A stretch of DNA of 64,000 nucleotides, taken from NCBI RefSeq assembly GCF_037042905.1, contig NC_087251.1, positions 29,080,001 to 29,144,000 of the forward strand, read 5' to 3'. The stretch is from Lytechinus pictus (lineage: Eukaryota). The position numbers and the translations under genes are program-made. Of the stretch, positions 10,701 to 23,000 are shown piece by piece (the first letter of the stretch is position 1; each line of letters starts with the position of its first letter). A model generated the notes under the pieces. It saw only the letters and a list, made by a program, of their open reading frames with translations. It was not told the DNA's origin and did not search any database.

Positions 10701-13700
10701 TGGGTCAATATACAAAGAATAAAGAAGATCGATTTCGAAAAGATTTTCGGGTCTCTCGCCCCATCCGCGACCTGGCCAAATTGTCAAAAATTGAGCAAAA
10801 TAATTTTTTTTCCAAAAAAGCCCCCCTAAACACCCCCAAACCAGCCGTCTTCGCTCCGAGGGGTCTTCTGGCATCCGAATGGGTCAATATACAAAGAATA
10901 AAGAAGATCGATTTCAAAAAGATTTTCGGGTCTCTCGCCCCACCCGCGACCTGGCCAAATTGTCAGAAATTGGGCAAAATAATTTTTTTCCAAAAAAGCC
11001 CCCCTAAACCCCCCCAAACCAGCCGTCTTCGCTCCGAGGGGTCTTCTGGCATCCGAATGGGTCAATATACAAAGAATAAAGAAGATCGATTTCAAAAAGA
11101 TTTTCGGGTCTCTCGCCCCTCCCGCGACCTGGCCAAATTGTCATAAATTGAGCAAAATAATTTTTTTCCAAAAAAGCCCCCCTAAACACCCCCAAACCAG
11201 CCGTCTTCGCTCCGAGGGGTCTTCTGGCATCCGAATGGGTCAATATACAAAGAATAAAGAAGATCGATTTCAAAAAGATTTTCGGGTCTCTCGCCCCACC
11301 CGCGACCTGGCCAAATTGTCAGAAATTGGGCAAAATAATTTTTTTCCAAAAAAGCCCCCCTAAACCCCCCCAAACCAGCCGTCTTCGCTCCGAGGGGTCT
11401 TCTGGCATCCGAATGGGTCAATATACAAAGAATAAAGAAGATCGATTTCAAAAAGATTTTCGGGTCTCTCGCCCCTCCCGCGACCTGGCCAAATTGTCAG
11501 AAATTGAGCAAAATAATTTTTTTCCAAAAAAGCCCCCCTAAACCCCCCCCAAACCAGCCGTCTTCGCTCCGAGGGGTCTTCTGGCATCCGAATGGGTCAA
11601 TATACAAAGAATAAAGAAGATCGATTTCGAAAAGATTTTCGGGTCTCTCGCACTTCCCGCGACCTGGTCAAATTGTCAGAAATTGAGCAAAATAATTTTT
11701 TTCCAAAAAAGCCCCCCTAAACCCCCCCAAACCAGCCGTCTTCGCTCCGAGGGGTCTTCTGGCATCCGAATGGGTCAATATACAAAGAATAAAGAAGATC
11801 GATTTCGAAAAGATTTTCGGGTCTCTCGCCCCATCCGCGACCTGGCCAAATTGTCAAAAATTGAGCAAAATAATTTTTTTCTCCAAAAAAGCCCCCCTAA
11901 ACACCCCCAAACCAGCCGTCTTCGCTCCGAGGGGTCTTCTGGCATCCGAATGGGTCAATATACAAAGAATAAAGAAGATCGATTTCAAAAAGATTTTCGG
12001 GTCTCTCGCCCCACCCGCGACCTGGCCAAATTGTCAGAAATTGGGCAAAATAATTTTTTTCCAAAAAAGCCCCCCTAAACCCCCCCAAACCAGCCGTCTT
12101 CGCTCCGAGGGGTCTTCTGGCATCCGAATGGGTCAATATACAAAGAATAAAGAAGATCGATTTCAAAAAGATTTTCGGGTCTCTCGCCCCTCCCGCGACC
12201 TGGCCAAATTGTCAGAAATTGAGCAAAATAATTTTTCTCCAAAAAAGCCCCCCTAAACACCCCCAAACCAGCCGTCTTCGCTCCGAGGGGTCTTCTGGCA
12301 TCCGAATGGGTCAATATACAAAGAATAAAGAAGATCGATTTCGAAAAGATTTTCGGGTCTCTCGCCCCACCCGCGACCTGGCCAAATTGTCAGAAATTGA
12401 GCAAAATAATTTTTTTTCCAAAAAAGCCCCCCTAAACACCCCCAAACCAGCCGTCTTCGCTCCGAGGGGTCTTCTGGCATCCGAATGGGTCAATATACAA
12501 AGAATAAAGAAGATCGATTTCGAAAAGATTTTCGGGTCTCTCGCCCCATCCGCGACCTGGCCAAATTGTCAAAAATTGAGCAAAATAATTTTTTTTCCAA
12601 AAAAGCCCCCCTAAACACCCCCAAACCAGCCGTCTTCGCTCCGAGGGGTCTTCTGGCATCCGAATGGGTCAATATACAAAGAATAAAGAAGATCGATTTC
12701 AAAAAGATTTTCGGGTCTCTCGCCCCACCCGCGACCTGGCCAAATTGTCAGAAATTGGGCAAAATAATTTTTTTCCAAAAAAGCCCCCCTAAACCCCCCC
12801 AAACCAGCCGTCTTCGCTCCGAGGGGTCTTCTGGCATCCGAATGGGTCAATATACAAAGAATAAAGAAGATCGATTTCAAAAAGATTTTCGGGTCTCTCG
12901 CCCCTCCCGCGACCTGGCCAAATTGTCATAAATTGAGCAAAATAATTTTTTTCCAAAAAAGCCCCCCTAAACACCCCCAAACCAGCCGTCTTCGCTCCGA
13001 GGGGTCTTCTGGCATCCGAATGGGTCAATATACAAAGAATAAAGAAGATCGATTTCAAAAAGATTTTCGGGTCTCTCGCCCCACCCGCGACCTGGCCAAA
13101 TTGTCAGAAATTGGGCAAAATAATTTTTTTCCAAAAAAGCCCCCCTAAACCCCCCCAAACCAGCCGTCTTCGCTCCGAGGGGTCTTCTGGCATCCGAATG
13201 GGTCAATATACAAAGAATAAAGAAGATCGATTTCAAAAAGATTTTCGGGTCTCTCGCCCCTCCCGCGACCTGGCCAAATTGTCAGAAATTGAGCAAAATA
13301 ATTTTTTTCCAAAAAAGCCCCCCTAAACCCCCCCCAAACCAGCCGTCTTCGCTCCGAGGGGTCTTCTGGCATCGGAATGGGTCAATATACAAAGAATAAA
13401 GAAGATCGATTTCGAAAAGATTTTCGGGTCTCTCGCACTTCCCGCGACCTGGTCAAATTGTCAGAAATTGAGCAAAATAATTTTTTTCCAAAAAAGCCCC
13501 CCTAAACCCCCCCAAACCAGCCGTCTTCGCTCCGAGGGGTCTTCTGGCATCCGAATGGGTCAATATACAAAGAATAAAGAAGATCGATTTCGAAAAGATT
13601 TTCGGGTCTCTCGCCCCATCCGCGACCTGGCCAAATTGTCAAAAATTGAGCAAAATAATTTTTTTCTCCAAAAAAGCCCCCCTAAACACCCCCAAACCAG

Positions 13701-16650
13701 CCGTCTTCGCTCCGAGGGGTCTTCTGGCATCCGAATGGGTCAATATACAAAGAATAAAGAAGATCGATTTCAAAAAGATTTTCGGGTCTCTCGCCCCACC
13801 CGCGACCTGGCCAAATTGTCAGAAATTGGGCAAAATAATTTTTTTCCAAAAAAGCCCCCCTAAACCCCCCCAAACCAGCCGTCTTCGCTCCGAGGGGTCT
13901 TCTGGCATCCGAATGGGTCAATATACAAAGAATAAAGAAGATCGATTTCAAAAAGATTTTCGGGTCTCTCGCCCCTCCCGCGACCTGGCCAAATTGTCAG
14001 AAATTGAGCAAAATAATTTTTCTCCAAAAAAGCCCCCCTAAACACCCCCAAACCAGCCGTCTTCGCTCCGAGGGGTCTTCTGGCATCCGAATGGGTCAAT
14101 ATACAAAGAATAAAGAAGATCGATTTCGAAAAGATTTTCGGGTCTCTCGCCCCACCCGCGACCTGGCCAAATTGTCAGAAATTGAGCAAAATAATTTTTT
14201 TTCCAAAAAAGCCCCCCTAAACACCCCCAAACCAGCCGTCTTCGCTCCGAGGGGTCTTCTGGCATCCGAATGGGTCAATATACAAAGAATAAAGAAGATC
14301 GATTTCAAAAAGATTTTCGGGTCTCTCGCCCCACCCGCGACCTGGCCAAATTGTCAGAAATTGGGCAAAATAATTTTTTTCCAAAAAAGCCCCCCTAAAC
14401 CCCCCCAAACCAGCCGTCTTCGCTCCGAGGGGTCTTCTGGCATCCGAATGGGTCAATATACAAAGAATAAAGAAGATCGATTTCAAAAAGATTTTCGGGT
14501 CTCTCGCCCCTCCCGCGACCTGGCCAAATTGTCAGAAATTGAGCAAAATAATTTTTTTCCAAAAAAGCCCCCCTAAACCCCCCCCAAACCAGCCGTCTTC
14601 GCTCCGAGGGGTCTTCTGGCATCCGAATGGGTCAATATACAAAGAATAAAGAAGATCGATTTCGAAAAGATTTTCGGGTCTCTCGCACTTCCCGCGACCT
14701 GGTCAAATTGTCAGAAATTGAGCAAAATAATTTTTTTCCAAAAAAGCCCCCCTAAACCCCCCCAAACCAGCCGTCTTCGCTCCGAGGGGTCTTCTGGCAT
14801 CCGAATGGGTCAATATACAAAGAATAAAGAAGATCGATTTCGAAAAGATTTTCGGGTCTCTCGCCCCATCCGCGACCTGGCCAAATTGTCAAAAATTGAG
14901 CAAAATAATTTTTTTTCCAAAAAAGCCCCCCTAAACACCCCCAAACCAGCCGTCTTCGCTCCGAGGGGTCTTCTGGCATCCGAATGGGTCAATATACAAA
15001 GAATAAAGAAGATCGATTTCAAAAAGATTTTCGGGTCTCTCGCCCCACCCGCGACCTGGCCAAATTGTCAGAAATTGGGCAAAATAATTTTTTTCCAAAA
15101 AAGCCCCCCTAAACCCCCCCAAACCAGCCGTCTTCGCTCCGAGGGGTCTTCTGGCATCCGAATGGGTCAATATACAAAGAATAAAGAAGATCGATTTCAA
15201 AAAGATTTTCGGGTCTCTCGCCCCTCCCGCGACCTGGCCAAATTGTCATAAATTGAGCAAAATAATTTTTTTCCAAAAAAGCCCCCCTAAACACCCCCAA
15301 ACCAGCCGTCTTCGCTCCGAGGGGTCTTCTGGCATCCGAATGGGTCAATATACAAAGAATAAAGAAGATCGATTTCAAAAAGATTTTCGGGTCTCTCGCC
15401 CCACCCGCGACCTGGCCAAATTGTCAGAAATTGGGCAAAATAATTTTTTTCCAAAAAAGCCCCCCTAAACCCCCCCAAACCAGCCGTCTTCGCTCCGAGG
15501 GGTCTTCTGGCATCCGAATGGGTCAATATACAAAGAATAAAGAAGATCGATTTCAAAAAGATTTTCGGGTCTCTCGCCCCTCCCGCGACCTGGCCAAATT
15601 GTCAGAAATTGAGCAAAATAATTTTTTTCCAAAAAAGCCCCCCTAAACCCCCCCCAAACCAGCCGTCTTCGCTCCGAGGGGTCTTCTGGCATCCGAATGG
15701 GTCAATATACAAAGAATAAAGAAGATCGATTTCGAAAAGATTTTCGGGTCTCTCGCACTTCCCGCGACCTGGTCAAATTGTCAGAAATTGAGCAAAATAA
15801 TTTTTTTCCAAAAAAGCCCCCCTAAACCCCCCCAAACCAGCCGTCTTCGCTCCGAGGGGTCTTCTGGCATCCGAATGGGTCAATATACAAAGAATAAAGA
15901 AGATCGATTTCGAAAAGATTTTCGGGTCTCTCGCCCCATCCGCGACCTGGCCAAATTGTCAAAAATTGAGCAAAATAATTTTTTTCTCCAAAAAAGCCCC
16001 CCTAAACACCCCCAAACCAGCCGTCTTCGCTCCGAGGGGTCTTCTGGCATCCGAATGGGTCAATATACAAAGAATAAAGAAGATCGATTTCAAAAAGATT
16101 TTCGGGTCTCTCGCCCCACCCGCGACCTGGCCAAATTGTCAGAAATTGGGCAAAATAATTTTTTTCCAAAAAAGCCCCCCTAAACCCCCCCAAACCAGCC
16201 GTCTTCGCTCCGAGGGGTCTTCTGGCATCCGAATGGGTCAATATACAAAGAATAAAGAAGATCGATTTCAAAAAGATTTTCGGGTCTCTCGCCCCTCCCG
16301 CGACCTGGCCAAATTGTCAGAAATTGAGCAAAATAATTTTTCTCCAAAAAAGCCCCCCTAAACACCCCCAAACCAGCCGTCTTCGCTCCGAGGGGTCTTC
16401 TGGCATCCGAATGGGTCAATATACAAAGAATAAAGAAGATCGATTTCGAAAAGATTTTCGGGTCTCTCGCCCCACCCGCGACCTGGCCAAATTGTCAGAA
16501 ATTGAGCAAAATAATTTTTTTTCCAAAAAAGCCCCCCTAAACACCCCCAAACCAGCCGTCTTCGCTCCGAGGGGTCTTCTGGCATCCGAATGGGTCAATA
16601 TACAAAGAATAAAGAAGATCGATTTCAAAAAGATTTTCGGGTCTCTCGCC
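4230..16650. repeat. 23-monomer higher-order repeat (4105 bp = 6+10+7 monomers), about three tandem copies
   Basis: GTCATAAA at 4718/8824/12929 and 7039/11144/15249. Identical ORFs at 6508/10613/14718 and 7578/11683/15788. Offsets are 4105-4106. Confidence 0.92.
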
Positions 16651-17091
16651 CCTCCCGCGACCTGGCCAAATTGTCAGAAATTGAGCAAAATAATTTTTCT
16701 CCAAAAAAGCCCCCCTAAACACCCCCAAACCAGCCGTCTTCGCTCCGAGGGGTCTTCTGGCATCCGAATGGGTCATTATACAAAGAATAAAGAAGATCGA
16801 TTTCGAAAAGATTTTCGGGTCTCTCGCCCCACCCGCGACCTGGCCAAATTGTCAGAAATTGAGCAAAATAATTTTTTTTCCAAAAAAGCCCCCCTAAACA
16901 CCCCCAAACCAGCCGTCTTCGCTCCGAGGGGTCTTCTGGCATCCGAATGGGTCAATATACAAAGAATAAAGAAGATCGATTTCGAAAAGATATTCGGGTC
17001 TCTCGCCCCATCCGCGACCTGGCCAAATTGTCAGAAATTGAGCAAAATAATTTTTTTTCCAAAAAAGCCCCCCTAAACACCCCCAAACCAT

Positions 17092-20000
17092 CCGTCTTCG
17101 CTCCGAGGGGTCTTCTGGCATCCGAATGGGTCAATATACAAAGAATAAAGAAGATCGATTTCGATAAGATTTTCGGGTCTCTCGCCCCACCCGCGACCTG
17201 GCCAAATTGTCAGAAATTGGGCAAAATAATTTTTTTCCAAAAAAGCCCCCCTAAACCCCCCAAACCAGCCGTCTTCGCTCCGAGGGGTCTTCTGGCATCC
17301 GAATGGGTCAATATACAAAGAATAAAGAAGATCGATTTCGAAAAGATTTTCGGGTCTCTCGCCCCATCCGCGACCTGGCCAAATTGTCAGAAATTGAGCA
17401 AAATAATTTTTTTTCCAAAAAAGCCCCCCTAAACACCCCCAAACCAGCCGTCTTCGCTCCGAGGGGTCTTCTGGCACCCGAATGGGTCAATATACAAAGA
17501 ATAAAGAAGATCGATTTCGAAAAGATTTTCGGGTCTCTCGCCCCATCCGCGACCTGGCCAAATTGTCAGAAATTGGGCAAAATAATTTTTTTCCAAAAAA
17601 GCCCCCCTAAACCCCCCAAACCAGCCGTCTTCGCTCCGAGGGGTCTTCTGGCATCCGAATGGGTCAATATACAAAGAATAAAGAAGATCGATTTCGAAAA
17701 GATTTTCGGGTCTCTCGCCCCACCCGCGACCTGGCCAAATTGTCAGAAATTGAGCAAAATAATTTTTTTCCAAAAAAGCCCCCCTTAACCCCCCCAAACC
17801 AGCCGTCTTCGCTCCGAGGGGTCTTCTGGCATCCGAATGGGTCAATATACAAAGAATAAAGAAGATCGATTTCGAAAAGATTTTCGGGTCTCTCGCCCCA
17901 TCCGCGACCTGGCCAAATTGTCAGAAATTGAGCAAAATAATTTTTTTTCCAAAAAAGCCCCCCTAAACACCCCCAAACCAGCCGTCTTCGCTCCGAGGGG
18001 TCTTCTGGCATCCGAATGGGTCAATATACAAAGAATAAAGAAGATCGTTTTCGAAAAGATTTTTGGGTCTCTCGCCCCACCCGCGACCTGGCCAAATTGT
18101 CAGAAATTGAGCAAAATAATTTTTTTCCAAAAAAGCCCCCCTAAACCCCCCCAAACCAGCCGTCTTGCTCCGAGGGGTCTTCTGGCATCCGAATGGGTCA
18201 ATATACAAAGAATAAAGAAGATCGATTTCAAAAAGATTTTCGGGTCTCTCGCCCCACCCGCGACCTGGCCAAATTGTCAGAAATTGGGCAAAATAATTTT
18301 TTTCCAAAAAAGCCCCCCTAAACCCCCCCAAACCAGCCGTCTTCGCTCCGAGGGGTCTTCTGGCATCCGAATTGGTCAATATACAAAGAATAAAGAAGAT
18401 CGATTTCAAAAAGATTTCCGGGTCTCTCGCCCCTCCCGCGACCTGGCCAAATTGTCAGAAATTGAGCAAAATAATTTTTTTCCAAAAAAGCCCCCCTAAA
18501 CCCCCCCCAAACCAGCCGTCTTCGCTCCGAGGGGTCTTCTGGCATCCGAATGGGTCAATATACAAAGAATAAAGAAGATCGATTTCGAAAAGATTTTCGG
18601 GTCTCTCGCACTTCCCGCGACCTGGTCAAATTGTCAGAAATTGAGCAAAATAATTTTTTTCCAAAAAGGCCCCCCTAAACCCCCCCAAACCAGCCGTCTT
18701 CGCTCCGAGGGGTCTTCTGGCATCCGAATGGGTCAATATACAAAGAATAAAGAAGATCGATTTCGAAAAGATTTTCGGGTCTCTCGCCCCACCCGCGACC
18801 TGGCCAAATTGTCAGAAATTGAGCAAAATAATTTTTTTTCCAAAAAAGCCCCCCTAAACACCCCCAAACCAGCCGTCTTCGCTCCGAGGGGTCTTCTGGC
18901 ATCCGAATGGGTCAATATACAAAGAATAAAGAAGATCGATTTCGAAAAGATTTTCGGGTCTCTCGCCCCACCCGCGACCTGGCCAAATTGTCAGAAATTG
19001 AGCAAAATAATTTTTTTCCAAAAAAGCCCCCCTAAACCCCCCCAAACCAGCCGTCTTCGCTCCGAGGGGTCTTTTGGCATCCGAATGGGTCAATATACAA
19101 AGAATAAAGAAGATCGATTTCGAAAAGATTTTCGGGTCTCTCGCCCCATCCGCGACCTGGCCAAATTGTCAGAAATTGAGCAAAATAATTTTTTTTCCAA
19201 AAAAGCCCCCCTAAACACCCCCAAACCAGCCGTCTTCGCTCCGAGGGGTCTTCTGGCATCCGAATGGGTCAATATACAAAGAATAAAGAAGATCGATTTC
19301 GAAAAGATTTTCGGGTCTCTCGCACTTCCCGCGACCTGGTCAAATTGTCAGAAATTGAGCAAAATAATTTTTTTCCAAAAAGGCCCCCCTAAACCCCCCC
19401 AAACCAGCCGTCTTCGCTCCGAGGGGTCTTCTGGCATCCGAATGGGTCAATATACAAAGAATAAAGAAGATCGATTTCGAAAAGATTTTCGGGTCTCTCG
19501 CCCCACCCGCGACCTGGCCAAATTGTCAGAAATTGAGCAAAATAATTTTTTTCTCCAAAAAAGCCCCCCTAAACACCCCCAAACCAGCCGTCTTCGCTCC
19601 GAGGGGTCTTCTGGCATCCGAATGGGTCAATATACAAAGAATAAAGAAGATCGATTTCGAAAAGATTTTCGGGTCTCTCGCCCCATACGCGACCTGGCCA
19701 AATTGTCAGAAATTGAGCAAAATAATTTTTTTTCCAAAAAAGCCCCCCTAAACACCCCCAAACCAGCCGTCTTCGCTCCGAGGGGTCTTCTGGCATCCGA
19801 ATGGGTCAATATACAAAGAATAAAGAAGATCGATTTCGAAAAGATTTTCGGGTCTCTCGCCCCACCCGCGACCTGGCCAAATTGTCAGAAATTGAGCAAA
19901 ATAATTTTTTTCCAAAAAAGCCCCCCTAAACCCCCCCAAACCAGCCGTCTTCGCTCCGAGGGGTCTTCTGGCATCCGAATGGGTCAATATACAAAGAATA

Positions 20001-23000
20001 AAGAAGATCGATTTCGAAAAGATTTTCGGGTCTCTCGCCCCATCCGCGACCTGGCCAAATTGTCAGAAATTGAGCAAAATAATTTTTTTTCCAAAAAAGC
20101 CCCCCTAAACCCCCCCAAACCAGCCGTCTTCGCTCCGAGGGGTCTTCTGGCATCCGAATTGGTCAATATACAAAGAATAAAGAAGATCGATTTCAAAAAG
20201 ATTTTCGGGTCTCTCGCCCCTCCCGCGACCTGGCCAAATTGTCAGAAATTGAGCAAAATAATTTTTTTCCAAAAAAGCCCCCCTAAACCCCCCCCAAACC
20301 AGCCGTCTTCGCTCCGAGGGGTCTTCTGGCATCCGAATGGGTCAATATACAAAGAATAAAGAAGATCGATTTCGAAAAGATTTTCGGGTCTCTCGCACTT
20401 CCCGCGACCTGGTCAAATTGTCAGAAATTGAGCAAAATAATTTTTTTCCAAAAAGGCCCCCCTAAACCCCCCCAAACCAGCCGTCTTCGCTCCGAGGGGT
20501 CTTCTGGCATCCGAATGGGTCAATATACAAAGAATAAAGAAGATCGATTTCGAAAAGATTTTCGGGTCTCTCGCCCCACCCGCGACCTGGCCAAATTGTC
20601 AGAAATTGAGCAAAATAATTTTTTTTCCAAAAAAGCCCCCCTAAACACCCCCAAACCAGCCGTCTTCGCTCCGAGGGGTCTTCTGGCATCCGAATGGGTC
20701 AATATACAAAGAATAAAGAAGATCGATTTCGAAAAGATTTTCGGGTCTCTCGCCCCACCCGCGACCTGGCCAAATTGTCAGAAATTGAGCAAAATAATTT
20801 TTTTCCAAAAAAGCCCCCCTAAACCCCCCCAAACCAGCCGTCTTCGCTCCGAGGGGTCTTTTGGCATCCGAATGGGTCAATATACAAAGAATAAAGAAGA
20901 TCGATTTCGAAAAGATTTTCGGGTCTCTCGCCCCATCCGCGACCTGGCCAAATTGTCAGAAATTGAGCAAAATAATTTTTTTTCCAAAAAAGCCCCCCTA
21001 AACACCCCCAAACCAGCCGTCTTCGCTCCGAGGGGTCTTCTGGCATCCGAATGGGTCAATATACAAAGAATAAAGAAGATCGATTTCGAAAAGATTTTCG
21101 GGTCTCTCGCACTTCCCGCGACCTGGTCAAATTGTCAGAAATTGAGCAAAATAATTTTTTTCCAAAAAGGCCCCCCTAAACCCCCCCAAACCAGCCGTCT
21201 TCGCTCCGAGGGGTCTTCTGGCATCCGAATGGGTCAATATACAAAGAATAAAGAAGATCGATTTCGAAAAGATTTTCGGGTCTCTCGCCCCACCCGCGAC
21301 CTGGCCAAATTGTCAGAAATTGAGCAAAATAATTTTTTTTCCAAAAAAGCCCCCCTAAACACCCCCAAACCAGCCGTCTTCGCTCCGAGGGGTCTTCTGG
21401 CATCCGAATGGGTCAATATACAAAGAATAAAGAAGATCGATTTCAAAAAGATTTTCGGGTCTCTCGCCCCATACGCGACCTGGCCAAATTGTCAGAAATT
21501 GAGCAAAATAATTTTTTTTCCAAAAAAGCCCCCCTAAACACCCCCAAACCAGCCGTCTTCGCTCCGAGGGGTCTTCTGGCATCCGAATGGGTCAATATAC
21601 AAAGAATAAAGAAGATCGATTTCGAAAAGATTTTCGGGTCTCTCGCCCCACCCGCGACCTGGCCAAATTGTCAGAAATTGAGCAAAATAATTGTTTTCCA
21701 AAAAAGCTCCCCTAAACCCCCCCAAACCAGCCGTCTTCGCTCCGAGGGGTCTTCTGGCATCCGAATGGGTCAATATACAAAGAATAAAGAAGATCACTTT
21801 CGAAAAGATTTTCGGGTCTCTCGCCCCATCCGCGACCTGGCCAAATTGTCAGAAATTGAGCAAAATAATTTTTTTTCCAAAAAAGCCCCCCTAAACACCC
21901 CCAAACCAGCCGTCTTCGCTCCGAGGGGTCTTCTGGCATCCGAATGGGTCAATATACAAAGAATAAAGAAGATCGATTTCGAAAAGATTTTCGGGTCTCT
22001 CGCCCCACCCGCGACCTGGCCAAATTGTCAGAAATTGGGCAAAATAATTTTTTTCCAAAAAAGCCCCCCTAAACCCCTCCAAACCAGCCGTCTTCGCTCC
22101 GAGGGGTCTTCTGGCATCCGAATGGGTCAATATACAAAGAATAAAGAAGATCGATTTCGAAAAGATTTTCGGGTCTCTCGCCCCTCCCGCGACCTGGCCA
22201 AATTGTCAGAAATTGAGCAAAATAATTTTTTTCCAAAAAAGCCCCCCTAAACCCCCCCCAAACCAGCCGTCTTCGCTCCGAGGGGTCTTCTGGCATCCGA
22301 ATCGGTCAATATACAAAGAATAAAGAAGATCGATTTCGAAAAGATTTTCGGGTCTCTCGCACTTCCCGCGACCTGGTCAAATTGTCAGAAATTGAGCAAA
22401 ATAATTTTTTTCCAAAAAGGCCCCCCTAACCCCCCCCCAAACCAGCCGTCTTCGCTCCGAGGGGTCTTCTGGCATCCGAATGGGTCAATATACAAAGAAT
22501 AAAGATGATCGATTTCGAAAAGATTTTCGGGTCTCTCGCCCCACCCGCGACCTGGCCAAATTGTCAGAAATTGAGCAAAAATTTTTTTTCCAAAAAAGCC
22601 CCCCTAAACACCCCCAAACCAGCCGTCTTCGCTCCGAGGGGTCTTCTGGCATCCGAATGGGTCAATATACAAAGAATAAAGAAGATCGATTTCGATAAGA
22701 TTTTCGGGTCTCTCGCCCCACCCGCGACCTGGCCAAATTGTCAGAAATTGGGCAAAATAATTTTTTTCCAAAAAAGCCCCCCTAAACCCCCCAAACCAGC
22801 CGTCTTCGCTCCGAGGGGTCTTCTGGCATCCGAATGGGTCAATATACAAAGAATAAAGAAGATCGATTTCGAAAAGATTTTCGGGTCTCTCGCCCCATCC
22901 GCGACCTGGCCAAATTGTCAGAAATTGAGCAAAATAATTTTTTTTCCAAAAAAGCCCCCCTAAACACCCCCAAACCAGCCGTCTTCGCTCCGAGGGGTCT

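Larger units (their letters stand above)
1..16700. repeat. Sub-domain A: highly homogeneous higher-order repeat region built of 6-, 7-, 9- and 10-monomer units
   Basis: The CACTT..GGTC marker monomer lies at 408, 1478, 3085, 4155, 5225, 6476, 7546, 9331, 10581, 11651, 13436, 14686 and 15756 (spacings 1070, 1607, 1250/1251, 1785). The GTCATAAA variant was seen only here (971 to 15249). The AAAAAGGCCC variant is absent. Boundary is approximate. Confidence 0.88.

Noticed and set aside
18641..20359. 572-aa ORF, its duplicate at 24172, and other long ORFs (55629-57182, 50109-51485, 25959-27140)
   Set aside because: They read through alternating 178/179-bp monomers. The 357-bp dimer is divisible by three and the frames used happen to lack stops. 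Many start at TTG, lengths depend on homopolymer indels, and there is no recognisable domain or codon-level constraint.
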